Shown here: in pieces, positions 10,225-22,584 of the stretch
Numbering within the stretch: position 1 is the first letter of the stretch
Layout: the number at the start of each line of letters is the position of its first letter
Source: Mobula hypostoma
Taxonomy: Eukaryota
DNA length: 64,000 nucleotides
Assembly: GCF_963921235.1 (NCBI RefSeq)
Contig: NC_086097.1
Span: forward strand, 215,824,001 to 215,888,000
Direction of reading: 5' to 3'
The notes under the pieces: generated by a model
Seen by the model: only the letters and a program-made list of their open reading frames with translations
The model's database searches: none
What the model was told of the DNA's origin: nothing
Program-made: the position numbers and the translations under genes

Positions 10225-13117
10225 CAGTGGCAGGAGTTACAGGGCAATAGAGGTGTGGTGCAGTTAAAACAGAAAGCAACAAATACTGGACTGTAAGTGT
10301 TATATTTGAATGCATACAGCATAAGAAATAAAATGGACGATCTTGAAATTCAGCTACAGATTGGCAAATATGATGTTGTGGCCACCTCTGAAACTTGGCT
10401 ATAGGATAGCTGCTATTGGGAGCTGAATGTCCAAGAATATATGGTGTATTGGAAAGTTAGGCTAGTAGGCAGAGGGGGCGGTGTGGTTCTGTGTATAAGA
10501 AATAATATTAAATCATTAGAAAGAGATGACATAGGATTGGAAGGTGTAGAGTCTCTATGGGTTGAGTTAAGAAATGGCAAGGGTAAAAGGACCCTAATGG
10601 CAGTTGTATACAGGCCTCCAAACAGCAGCCAGGATGTGGATTACAAATTAGAGCAGGAGATAGAAAAGGTGTGTCAGAAGGGCAATGTCATGGTAATCGT
10701 TGGGGATTTTAGCATGAAAGTGGATTGAGAAAACCAGGTTAGTACTAGACCTCAAGAGAGAGAATTTGTAGAATGTCTAAGGGATGGCCTTTTAGAACAG
10801 CTTGTTGTTGAGCCCACTAGGGGATTGGCTGTGTTGGATTGGGTGTTGTGCAAAGATCCAGAGGTGATAAGAGAGCTTAAGGTTAAGGAACCATTAGGGA
10901 ACAGTATGATCAAGTACACATTGAAATTTGAGAGGAAAAAAATAAAATCCAATGTGTTGGTATTTCAGTGGAATAAAGGAAATTACAATGGCATGAGAAG
11001 GGAACTGGCCGAAGTCAACTGGAAAGTGACATTTGCAGAAAAGACAGCGGAGCAGCAATGGCTGAAGTTTCTGCAAAAAACGACGGAAGTGCAAATAAGA
11101 AGAAATTTTCAAAGGGAAGAAGGACACCACCATGGCTGACAAGTGAAGTCAGAGCCGAAATAAAAGCAAAAGAGAGGGCATACAGGGAAGCCAGACTAGT
11201 GGGAAGATAGAGGATTGGGAAGCTTTTAACAACTTTCAGAAGGAAACTAAGAAGGTCATTCGGAAGGAGAAGGTGAATTATGAGAGGAAGCTGATGACTA
11301 ATATCAAAGAAGATACTTTTTTAAGTATATAAAGGGTAAGAGAGAGTCGAGGGTAGATATAGGACCAATACAAAATGACACTGGAGATATTGTAATGAGA
11401 GATGCAGAGATAGCAAGCAATTGAATACGTATTTTGCATCAGTCTTCACAGTGGAAGATGTCTACAGTATGCCATACCTTCAAGAGTGTCAGGAAAGTGA
11501 AGTATGTGCAGTGAAAATTACGACTGAGAAGGTGCTCAGGAGGCTTAATGGTCTGAGGGTGGATAAATCTCCTGGACCTGATGGAATCCACCCTTGGGTT
11601 CGGAAGGAAGTAGCTGGAGAGATTGCGAAGGTATTAACGATAATCTTTCAAGAATCGATAGATTCTGGCATTGTACTGGATGACTGGAAAATTGCAAATG
11701 TTTAAGAAGGTTGGGAGGCAGCAGAAAGGAAACTATAGACCTATTAGCCTGACATCAGTGGTTGGGAGCTTGTTGGAATCGATTGTTAGGCATGAGATTA
11801 CGGGGTACCTGGAGGCACATGACAAGATAGGTCAAAGGCAGCATGGTTTCCTAAAAGGAAAATCCTGCCTGACAAACCTACTGCAATTCTTTGAAGAAAT
11901 TACAAGCAGGGTGGACAAAAGAGATGCAGTAGACATGGTGTACTTGGATTTTCAGAAGGCCTTTGACAAGATTTCGCACTTGAAGCTGCTCAGCAAGATA
12001 AAAGCACATGGAGTTACTAGCATGGGTGGAGCATTGGCTGGTTGGCAGACAACAGAGGGTGGGAATAAAGGGATCCTACTCTGGCTGGCTGCTGGATACC
12101 AGTGGAATTCCACAGGGGTCGGTGTTGGGACCGCTGCTTTTTACGATGTATGTCAATGATTTGGACTACAGTATTAATGGATTTGTGGCTAAATTTGCCA
12201 ATGATACAAAGATAGGTGGAGGAGTGGGTAGTGTTGAGGAAACAGAGAGCCTGCAGAGAGACCTAGATAGTTTAGGGGAATGGGCAAAGAAGTGGCAAAT
12301 GAAATACAATGTTGGAAAGTGCACTTTGGTGGAAGAAATAAACGGGCAGACTATTATTTAGATGGGGAGAGAATTCAAAATGCAGAGATGCAAAGGGTCT
12401 TGGGAGTCCTTGTGTAAGATACCCTAAAGGTTAGCCTCCAGGTTGAGTCGGTTGTGAAGAAGGCGAATGCAATGTTGGCATTCATTTCAAGAGATATAGA
12501 ATATAAGAGCAGGGATGTGATGTTGAGGCTCTATAAGGCACTCGTGAGACCACACTTGGAGTATTGTGTGCAGTTTTTGGTTCCTTATTTTAGAAAGGAT
12601 ATACTGACATTGCAGAGGGTTCAGAGAAGATTCACGAGAATGATTCCAGGAATGAAAGGGTTAAAGGGTTACCGTATGAGGAACGTCTGGCAACTCTTGG
12701 GCTGTATTCCCTGGAGTTCAGGAGAATGAGGGGGGGATCTCATAGAAACATTCCGAATGTTAAAAGGCCTGAACAGATTAGATATGACAAGGTTATTTCC
12801 CATTGTAGGGGATTCTAGGACAAGAGGGCACGACTTCAGGATTGAAGGACATCCATTTAGAACAGAGATGCGGATACTTTAGTCAGAGGGTGGTAAATCT
12901 GTGGAATTTGTTGCCATAAGCGGCTTTGAGGTCAAGTCATTGGGTGAATTTAATGCAGAGACAGATAGGTTCTTGATTAGCCAGGGCATCAAAGGGAATG
13001 GGGTGAAGGCAGGGGAGTGGGGATGACTGGAAGAATTGGATCAGCTCATGATTGAATTGTGGAGCAGATTCGATGGGCCGAATGACCTACTTCTGCTCTT
13101 ATATCTTATGGTCTTAT
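10225..13117 (+). mobile_element. CR1 LINE ORF2 (APE endonuclease + RT) and 3' end, frameshifted
   Basis: GRGGGV, VVYRPP, VGDF, KSPGPDGIHP, NYRPISLTSVVG, QHGF, YLDFQKAFD, PQGSVLGPLLF, KFANDTK, RPHLEYCVQF; TCTTATGG-type tail. Confidence 0.93.
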
Positions 13118-13374
13118 ATCAAATCTACTGGTATTGGGAAGAGTGAGAGGAGGTCTTGACAGAACAGACTTGGAAAAAATGTTTCCTCTTGTGGGACAAA
13201 CCAGAAGTAATGGGTTGCAGTTTAAAATATGGAATTCCATATTGGACTCTGAAATCAGTCGATTTTCTTTTTTTACAGGGTGGTCAGTACATGAAATTAC
13301 AAGGCAATGGTCCCTAAAGGAGTAAAGCAAAGTCATTTAATACTTTAAAATCAGAATTAGATAGATTCCCAAGC

Positions 13375-13525
13375 ACAAGAGATTATGCAAATACTGGAAA
13401 TCTTGAGCAATACACACAAAATGCTGGAGAAACTGAGCACTCAGGCAGCTTCTATGGAGGGGAATAAGCAGTAGACATTTTGTTCTGAAACCCTTCATCA
13501 GGGCTGGAAAGGAAGGGAAGAGGGG
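13375..13525 (-). mobile_element. PLE terminal-repeat fragment with degenerate hammerhead
   Basis: GCAATACACACAAAATGCTGGAG..CCCTTCATCAGG, reverse complement of the PLE 3' end. Confidence 0.7.
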
Positions 13526-14699
13526 ATCAATAGGTCAGAAAGTGATCGATTGACAAGTTACAGCACATGGGAAAGATATTTAGGGTTTCAGTCAAATCAG
13601 CCACAAATTTACTGAATGGCAGAACATGCCCAAGGAGCCATGAAATCAACACCTGCTGCTAATTCTTATATTCATATGGTTACTTGTTTTTTTCAAGTAC
13701 CAACATTTCTGCTTATCCTCATACTAGCTGTAGAAAAAAATAAAATCGTTCATTGGGGTACAATGTTGACGAAGAGAATTATCTTCTTTATATTTTCATG
13801 GGAAAAATATTCAATAAATGGCTTAAAATCAGATACAGCTGGCTTTCTCAATGTGGTTACTTGCTCTTTTGTAAATGTCAGATTATCAATGGATTTATCA
13901 TTTCACCATGATATTTTATGTAATGTCACAATTTTAAAAGCATGAGTTTTATCATAATGCTTGCAAGTATAAATTAAATTCTGCAGAGTATACTGAGCAG
14001 TACTAGTGTGGTTTTTGTTTGGATGATATCATTGTCATTTATTAAGCTTTTTGGCTTAAAGTCCCTTTTAAAGATGCAGAAAGAATAACTTTAACTTGAA
14101 TGTGAAACTAAGACAAAATTATTTTGTGCGTTAGTTATATAACTTTACAACAACCCATATGCTTTTAGATAAGTATATGGATGGCAACGATATGGAGGGC
14201 TATTGTCCAGGTCTGGGTTGATGGGACCAGGCAAAAAACAGTTCAGCACAGCACAGACTCGATGAATGCAGGTCCTGTCATTCTCTGGTCTACTTTTGTA
14301 GACATACGGCTACAAGATATTGCAAACTATAGCACTCTAACACTTTGCCACAGTTTTAACTGAGACCTAATGGAGTAAACAGCGCAACTGTGCTGCACAA
14401 TTGATTTGTCACCCATTAAGCTTTTGCTTCACTTGCCCTCATTCTTAATGTGGAGCACCTCGGTGGCTGATGGCAGCTGTGTTGCTAGTTTAAAAGCAGA
14501 CAGTACATAATCCCTTGCACATTATGTTAGGGGGCAACCTGCCTGTGAAAGAGAACAGAGGACAGAGCACCAAGGTATTCCAATTAGCTATAAAGGTGCA
14601 TTATAAAAAAAATGCATTTATGCAACATATGCTACATGTGTTGGAGAGATAATCAGTACTACTATTCTTCTCTCTGCATCAAGAAATCAGCTAGCAGAA

Positions 14700-15400
14700 T
14701 CAAACAGTTCACCCTGGGGATTCTCCTTTCTCCCTTCTTCCATCGGGCAGAAGGCACAGAAGTTTGAAAGCACATACCACCAAGCTCAAACACAGCTTCC
14801 CTCCCACTGTTATCAGACTATTAAATAGTTTCCTACTATGATAGTGTTGATCTCTTGACCTCACAACCAATCTTATTATGACCTTCGACCTTCAAGTTCA
14901 AAGTACATTTATTATCGAAGTATGTATGCTATATACAACCTTGACTTTTGTCTCCTTGCAGGCAGCCACAAAATATAGACACCCAATAGAATCCATTAAA
15001 CAATGACCATCAAACACCCAATGTGCAGAAAAGAAATGAATCGTGCAAGCAATAAAAGTAAGGAAGTAACTTTCAGAACTGACCTTCACAAAACTGAGTC
15101 CACAGCCACGAAGCCAGTCACTGCTGATCCAGGAGCCCGTTAATTGCAGCCCACAACTTTAGTTCTGTAGACCTCGCAGAGCAGTGAGCTGAAAAAGCTG
15201 TCTCTTGCCTCCCTGAAACTTTGACCTTTTCAATCAGGCCCATCGTTAAAATTGGCAAGCCTTATTGTTTACCTGCACTTTCTCTGTAACTGTTACACTT
15301 TATTCTGCATTGTGTAATCATTTGATCTGTAGGAACGGTATGCAAGGAAACCTTTTCACTGAATCTCAGAACATGTGACAATAATAAACCAATTTCAATC
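14700..15400. mobile_element. Rex1/Babar 3' fragment (+) interrupted by a second LINE 3' tail (-)
   Basis: LPSGRR-type coding (cttccatcgggcagaagg) at ~14737; TTCAAGTTCAAAGTACATTTATT tail at ~14891; plus-strand tail ends AATAAACCAATTTC at ~15390. Confidence 0.6.
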
Positions 15401-15989
15401 CAAATCCAGAGTTCACCCAGAAATTGCTTGAGCCCTTGACATTTTTATAAATAGCCTGAGACTCCAAGGTATATTTTCAAGCATGGCTTTTACTACATAA
15501 ATTCAGCAAGTGTGTATATCGTACAAAGCTACAGAACAGAAGGAGGCTTTTCGACCAATGTTGGATCCTGATGTTTTAATTCAAGGTTCATAGTTCAAAG
15601 TTCAATGTTCAAAGTAAATTTACTATCAACGTATATATATGTCACCACACATCCCACCTCTTCCGGAAGTTCCAGGAGTCTCCCGCATATTGATAGCGGC
15701 TCCCTGACGCCCGCAAGTTATATACAATATCCCAGAAATTGATTCTTTTTGACAATGAGCAAGTGGGCGGGGGGAGGGGGGAAGAAGGGGGAGAGGGAGG
15801 GAGGGAAGGAGAGGGAGAGGGAGAGGGAATCCTGATTGGTCTCTCTTTGTGCTAAGTAGACCTATCAGTTTTTTCTGTGGGCGGGCTTTACAGTTGACCT
15901 CTCTCTCTCTCTTTCATTGTCCATCAGTTCAGTTTAGTGCCCTGCAGCACCATGGCAGATTGTTCCAAAAAAAGAATATATAAAATGTA

Positions 15990-16216
15990 AACAACAGGAA
16001 TTCTGCAGATGCTGGAAATTCAAGCAACACACATCAAAGTTGCTGGTGAACGCAGCAGGCCAGGCAGCATCTCTAGGAAGAGGTACAGTCGACATTTCAG
16101 GCCGAGACACTTCGTCTAGTCCTGACGAAGGGTCTCGGCCTGAAACGTCGACTGTACCTCTTCCTAGAGATGCTGCCTGGCCTGCTGCGTTCACCAGCAA
16201 CTTTGATGTGTGTTGC
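15990..16216. mobile_element. Young fold-back (inverted-repeat) PLE insertion
   Basis: Inverted PLE terminal arms; 14-bp TSD ATATATAAAATGTA at 15976-15989 and 16217-16230. Confidence 0.9.
16118..16153 (+). ncRNA. Minimal type-I hammerhead ribozyme motif (PLE-type)
   Basis: AGTC-CTGACGA-AGG gtctcgg CCT-GAAA-CG-TC^GACT: stem I AGTC/GACT, core CUGANGA and GAAA, palindromic ACGU in place of stem III, GUC cleavage triplet. Confidence 0.8.
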
Positions 16217-16951
16217 ATATATAAAATGTACTTCACCCCAGACTACCCTAAAGTGTACCCCTGCCTAATAGGGGTCAAAAATAATGATAGTGTTGCTCGC
16301 TGCACTGTTTGCAACAGTGACTTTTCTATTGCCCATGGTGGGTTAAATGACTGTAAAAGACATGTGGAGGTGAGTTTAACAGGTGTCATTCATTTATTCA
16401 TTAGCATAGCTAACGTTATTTAAACTAGCTGGCTAGCTGCTAAGGAGCTACTCTATTGGTGTCCTACGTGATGAGGCCAAACTCCCTGTAGACTTGCTTA
16501 AAGTTGTAATAGAATAGAAAAAGACTCCATGATAATATAATATAATTATGAATCTTGTGAATGATGTCTTGCAAAATTAACAAATTCATTGACAGACTGC
16601 TATGAGGTTGAGACTTCTGGCAAAATGCTCAAATCTGCCAAGCAAGCCATATCACAGTACAAGGAAATTTTGCAGAAAAAATAGAAAAGCTATTTTCATC
16701 AGCATTTAGCTTTAGCATTGAGACTGCCAACAAAATACTCAACAAGGAATATATATATGTAAATAGTTTCAATGTGTGATCAAATAAATTGTGTTCTTTC
16801 ATAATCAAATGTCCTGTATACATACACCCTTGGAGGTCGACCCAGGGGTGGGGGGGGGGTATGGGGTTGCGGTGAGGTGGAGGTAGTGGTGCTACCTCCC
16901 TGAAATGAGTCTTTGCAGGGTGGGATGTCTGTGTCACCATATACACACCTG

Positions 16952-17475
16952 AGCAACACACACAAAATGCTAGAGGAACTCAGCCACCAATTTTCATACC
17001 ACTTCCCATTCCCATTCCAATACTGTATGTCTATCTATGACCTCCTGCACTGTTGTGATAAGGCCACATTCAGGTTGGAGGAACAACACCTTATGTTCTG
17101 TCTGGGTAGCCTCCAAACTGATGGCATGAACATTGATTTCTCGAACTTCCGGTAATGGACCCCCTCTCCTTCACCATTCCCCCCATCCCCTTTTCCCTCT
17201 CTCACCTTATCTCCTTGCCCACCAATTGCCCCCCTCTGATGCTCCTCCATCTTTTCTTTCTTCTATGGCCTTTTGTCTTCTTCTATCAGACTCCCCCTTC
17301 TCCAGCCCTGTGTCTCTTTCACCAAGCAACTTCCCAGCTCCTTACTTCATCCCTCCCCCTTCAGGTTTCACCTATCACCTTGTGTTTCTTTCTCCCGTCA
17401 CCCCACCTTTAAAATCTACACCTCAGTTTTGTTTTCTCCAGTCTTGCCGAAGGGTTTTGGTCTAAAACGTCTTTC
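16952..17475. mobile_element. PLE fragment (+) with short inverted terminal piece at its 5' side
   Basis: GCAACACACACAAAATGCTAGAGGAACTCAGC (inverted end) followed by RLEEQHLMFCLGSLQTDGMNIDFSNFR* and a degenerate hammerhead at ~17440-17472. Confidence 0.8.
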
Positions 17476-17542
17476 AAGCTCAGTTAACACACACCTGAGA
17501 CCCATTTTCTTGTGGGCATACTCAATAAAGGCATAATAGAAT

Positions 17543-17850
17543 TACATAGAAACATAGAAAACCTGCAGCACAATACAGGTCCTTTGACCCACAATGCTGT
17601 GCTGAACATGTACTTACTTTAGAAATTACCTAGGGTTACCCATAGCCCTTTAGTTTTCTAAGCTCCATGTACCTGTCCAAAACACCCTCCACCACCATCA
17701 CCGGCAGCCCATTCCATGCACTCAGCACTCTGCGTAAAAAATTTACCCCTGACATCTCCTCTGTACCTACCTCCAAGCACCTTAAAACTGTGTCCTCTCA
17801 TGTTAGCCATTTCAGCCCTGGGTAAAAGCCTCTGACTAGCCACACAATCA
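17543..17850 (-). mobile_element. CR1 LINE 3' end
   Basis: RGHSFKVLGGRYRGDVRGKFFTQ in ORF 17658-17891(-); CATAGAAA tail repeats. Confidence 0.85.
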
Positions 17851-17852
17851 AT

Positions 17853-18445
17853 CATAATAGAATCAATGAAAGACCGCACCAATTCGGGCATTCAACTAGT
17901 GTGCAAAAGACAACAAACTGTGCAAATACAAAAAGAAAGAAATAATAATAATAAATAAATAAGCAATGAATCTCAAGAACATCAGATGAAAAGTCCTTGA
18001 ATTGAATCCATAGATTATGGGAACAGTTCAATGACAAAGCAAGTGACGTTGAGTGGAAATTATCCCCTTTGCTTCAAAAGCCTGATGGCTGAGGCGTAAT
18101 AGTTGTTACTGAAACTGATGGTGTGAGTCTTGAGGCTCCTACACCTTCTTCCTGATGGCAGCGGTGAGAAGGGAGCATGTCCTGGGTGGTGGGGGTCTCT
18201 GATGATGGATGCTGCTTTCCTGTGACAGTGTTTCATGTAGATGTGCTCACTGGTGGAGAGGGATTTACCCTTGATAGATTTTCTTGTAAGATTTTCCATT
18301 CAAAGACATTGGCGTTTCCATACCAGGCTGTGATGCTACCAATCAACATACTTTCCACCACACATCTATAGAAGTTTGTCAAAGTTTTAGACGTCATGCC
18401 AAATCTTCGCAAACTCCTAAGGAAGTAGAAGCGCTGGTGTACTTT
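17853..18445 (-). mobile_element. Rex1/Babar LINE 3' fragment
   Basis: QRFYFLRSLRRFGM..LTNFYRCVVESMLIGSITAWYG; SIIRDPHHPGHAPFSPLPSGRR. Confidence 0.85.
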
Positions 18446-18454
18446 ACACGCCAC

Positions 18455-19586
18455 CGCCTTAACAGTGATAGAGTTCCTCATGTCTTACCATCCCATTAGT
18501 CTCTGCATCCAACACATTATCCTCCACAAATTCCGCCATCTTCAAAGGGATCCTACCACGAAACACATCTTCTTTTAAATTTTTGTTTTTATTTATTGAG
18601 ATACAGCACCGAACAGGCCCTTCTGGCCCTTCGAGTCGCACTGCCCAGTAACTCCTGATCTAACCCTAGCCTATTCATGGGACAATTTACAATGACCAAT
18701 TAACCTACCAACCAGTATGTCTTTGGATTGTAGGAGGAAACTGGAGCACCCGGAAGAAACCCATGGGTCACGTGGAGAACACACAAACTCCTTACAGGCA
18801 GCAACAGAAATTGACCCGGGGTCACTGGCACTGTAAAGCATTGTGATAACCACTATGCTACCATACTTCCCCCGTCCTCTGCTTTCTGCAGGGATCACCT
18901 CCACTCAGGGCTCCAAGCAGTCCTTCCAGGTGAGGCAACACTTCATCTGTGAATCGGCTGGGCTCGTCTATTGTGTCTGTTGCTCCTGACGTGGCCTCCT
19001 CTACACTGGTGAGGGCTGCGTAAACTGGGGAAACCGCTTCTTCGAGCAGCTCCACGCCAAGTGCCACAAGCAGGACTTCCTGGTGGCCAAACATTTTAAT
19101 TCCAATTCCCCTTCCCATTCCAACGCGTCAATCCATGGCCTCTGCTTGTGCCAAGATGAGGCCACCCTCAGGAGGGAGGAGCAACACCTTATTTTCCATC
19201 TGGGCAGCCTCCAGCCTGATGGCATGTGGATCAATTTCTTCTTCCAGTCAACAAATTTCTCCCTCCCCTTCCTCTAATCCCTACTCTGAATTTTTACGTC
19301 TTCTGCCTGGGTCCCCTTCTCCTCCTCCTCCTTTCCTTTCTCCCATGGTCCAATCTCCTCTCCTATCAGATTCCTTCTTCTCCAGCCCATGATCTTTCCC
19401 ACCTACCTGGGTTCACCTATCACCTTCCAGCTAACCTCCTTCCCTCCCCCCACTTTTTTATTCTGGCATCTTCCCCTTCCTTCTCAGACCTGCAGAAGGG
19501 TTTTGGCCTGAAACATCGACAGTTTATTCATTACCGTCGATGCTGCCTGACCTGCTGAGTTCCTCCAGAATTTTGTGTGTGTTGCA
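18455..19586 (+). mobile_element. PLE 3' part (GIY-YIG region and terminal repeat), interrupted by a SINE
   Basis: LVYCVCCS.RGLLYTGE, REEQHLIFHLGSLQPDGM, degenerate hammerhead 19488-19521, ends GTGTTGC. Confidence 0.8.
18575..18862 (-). mobile_element. tRNA-derived SINE (V-SINE/HE1-like)
   Basis: Minus strand: GTAGCATAGTGGTT head, GGGTTTCTTCCGGGTGCTCCAGTTTCCTCC..CCAAAGAC V-domain-like core, CR1-like 3' end and A-rich tail. Confidence 0.75.
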
Positions 19587-20322
19587 TAGAACACAACAGT
19601 CTCTCATTCCCCTCGGATATCGCAACCTTGCCATCAAGTCTTCAATTTTGTTCTCCTGTAAGTGTGCACTTGCTAACAATATGCTGCGTAGAGGGGGTCC
19701 TCTGTTTTTCCACCCACCCTAGAATCTCCCCTCTCCTGCCTCACTTCCAGCCATGCTGATGAACCTTCATCCACTTAATGGTTCCGTACCTGCTTGTTTG
19801 AGAGTTAAGTCCTCAAGTTCTTCATAAGATTATGAAATCTGTAGATCACTAAGTTTACTTTGAACTTTGATTTTTAAAAACACACGGGATAATTAAGTGT
19901 ATATAGGTAATTATATAAATACAAGCAAGCATAAGAAACTTAAACTACAGGGAAAACTACTATTATACAGTCCAATTCAACATCCTCCCCTGCCCCCCTT
20001 GATTCTAAGCCACACATTTAGAAGAATTATATCTGAAATTCAAAGGCAGGAAAACTTATGGTACCTGTGAAAAGTATAAAATAATCAAATATTCACCTAA
20101 GTTACAGAAATATCAAAAAGGATATTCATACAATTATGCTATTGTTAAGTGGATTACCTTTATAAGTAGGTACACTTATGTGATAATTAATGACTATCCT
20201 TATACAAGTAAAAAGATGTAAATCATTAAAAGGCATATCAGACCAAATATTATGACTCAGAATATTGACTGACTCCCAACTTCCTAGACTTAATTGAACC
20301 TAGTCAAAAAATTCCCATCCAT

Positions 20323-20569
20323 CATAGAACCATAGAACCATAGAAACTACAGCACAGAAACAGGCCCTTTGGCCCTTCTTGGCTGTGCCGAACCATTTTC
20401 TGCCTAGTCCCACTGACCTGCACACGGACCATATCCCTCCATACACCTCCCATTCATGTATCTGTCCAATTTATTCTTAAATGTTAAAAAAGAACCCACA
20501 TTTACCACCTCGTCTGGCAGCTCATTCCATACTCCCACCACTCTCTGTGTAAAGAAGGCCTCCCTAATG
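20323..20569 (-). mobile_element. CR1 LINE 3' end
   Basis: (CATAGAAC)n tail; FFTQRVVGVWNELP-type coding on the minus strand. Confidence 0.85.
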
Positions 20570-21700
20570 TTTCAAGCCATTCATAAAAGTTGATTTCAAG
20601 GGACCATATCTAGATTCCTCTATTTGTCTTCATTTACTCCCAGAACTCCTGAGTAACTTAGCCAAGCTGTCCTGTCACATTCCTCATATTCAGAAACAAG
20701 ACCAAAATCCTTTGCTTGCAATCGACCACTTTCCTCCAATTAGTCTGTATTAGTGTCTGTTCGAACCATCCAAACATCTTATATACTTTGTCAATATCAT
20801 CCCTCATATTGTCATCAGCTCTAGGAGTCAGCTGTCTGGTTTGCTGAGAAGACAACAGAGTAGCCAAAATTTGGATGCCGTCATACGGGTGCAGTTCGTA
20901 TATGTTCTTATTACATAGAAGCTCAGCCCATGTCTTTAAGTTTCCTTTGTTAGGATGTGGAATTTCTTTGGGCCATTTATCAATTTTGTCTGTTTCAGGT
21001 GATTAACAAAAAAGACATTTATTTCCTTTCATAGGTTCCTGCGTGTCTTCACTTCTGTGACATGGCTGTGACATGGCTGCCAATTTTTTTGCTTCTTCAC
21101 TGTCATCCTAAATTGAGTTACTAGGGTTGCTGTAGAGTCCATGTCATGTCCTTGGAGATCAGATGGTGGCGCTGTCTCAGAAGACTGTCCGATGTAGGGG
21201 GTGTTTCCCAAGGAGGAGCATCACTGACTGGACTGCCCACTTGGGGTCCCTGCTGAGTTTTCTGTTTCCATTTACATTGAAGCTCTGTACAATGAATGCA
21301 CTTCAATTCAATTACAATTATCATGTTGATTTTTTTCACTCATTCAATCAATGTAAAGGTTTGCTCTTTAGCCTTTTTACTGACATTCTGTCCTTGTAGT
21401 TTATCACAGTTTTTCCTTTCTGTTTTCACTTGTTCAGTTAAAGTCTTTACTTGTCCTAGTAACTCATATTCAATCAAACTGACTGCATGTTCATATCTTT
21501 AACTGCGACAAGACTGCTTTAGAAAGTTTCTTCTTTCTCTTGGATATTTTCTGGATCTTAACCTATGCCTTCTTAATAAACCCAACAATGATAATACAGT
21601 TCATCCAGATATTTTCATTGATTTTATCAAATTGAAATATTTTAATCAGACAAGACTTCAAATGCTCAGTGATCTGTTCACACATAAAACTGAGATTCAT
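20570..21700 (-). pseudogene. Decayed retroviral-type gag (coiled coil, Pro-rich linker, capsid with MHR-like motif)
   Basis: Minus-strand translation across frameshifts: KWPKEIPHPNKGNLKTWAELL..YELHPYDGIQILATLL..TNWRKVVDCKQ..VSEYEECDRTAWLSYSG..PLKSTFMNGLK. Confidence 0.65.
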
Positions 21701-22062
21701 CTCCTGCTTTTTCTGCAGTCGATTTCACGAATTAATTTAATCTCATGTACTTAATTTGTGCATACTTTTTATCACTTAGACTGCAATCTAAATACCATTG
21801 GATTGAGTCAAAATAGTATTGCTTTGCAATCAGAATATTATAGGATTGCAATTGGAATATTATTGTTTTGCAGATGAATTATTTTTCACATTGGATTGCA
21901 ATCTAGAAATGTTTTTTTAAAGCACTGGATTACAATCGGAAGGGTTCTTGGGTATTCCACTGGTTAGTTCAAATTTAGTTTGAGTATAATGTAAATTTTA
22001 ATGCAAATCTGGCTTTTCCAGAAGAGTACAGTATAATAGAGTTTTCCTTTGTTCTTAAACTT

Positions 22063-22076
22063 CCACTAGATGGTGT
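22063..22076 (+). promoter_or_regulatory. Candidate CTCF motif
   Basis: CCACTAGATGGTGT resembles the CTCF core CCASYAGRKGGCRS. Confidence 0.35.
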
Positions 22077-22584
22077 ACTGAAGCTAGAACGAGGCAATTT
22101 TTCGGACAATTTGAAAAGATTACCATGAAAAATCCTTGGCAAGTAGGATTAAAGAGAATCCCAAGGCATTCTATACGTACACCAAGAGCAAGGAGATAAC
22201 CAGGGAGAGGGTAGGAGCACTCAAGGATAAATGGGGAAAGTTTTCCTGGATGTGGAGGATGTGGGCAAGGTCCTTAATGAGTACTTTACATCAGTCTTTA
22301 TCAAAGAGAAGGACGTGGACAATAGTACTGAACATATTGACATACTAGGGCTTTTCAGGGGAAAGGAGGAGGTAGTCTTGGGTCTCTTAAAGACCATAAG
22401 TCCCCAGGGCCTGTTAGGACACACCCCAGGTTATTGAGAGAGGCAGGAGAATAGATTGCAGGGGTCTTAACCAATATCTCAGTGTCCTCTCCAGCCACAG
22501 AGGTCTGGCGAGTAGCTAATGTTGTTTCATGATTCAAAAAGGGAACCAGGGATAATCCTGGAAACCTTCAACCAGTGAGTCTCA

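Larger units (their letters stand above)
15646..16931 (+). mobile_element. hAT-like DNA transposon, internal deletion derivative
   Basis: TIRs ACATCCCACC / GGTGGGATGTCTG; TGTCAC(CA) duplicated on both sides; N-terminal MADCSKKRIYKMYF..ARCTVCNSDFSIAHGGLNDCKRH zinc-finger-like segment ending at a GTGAGT donor; C-terminal CYEVETSGKMLKSAKQAISQYKEILQKK* at ~16595-16684. Confidence 0.75.
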
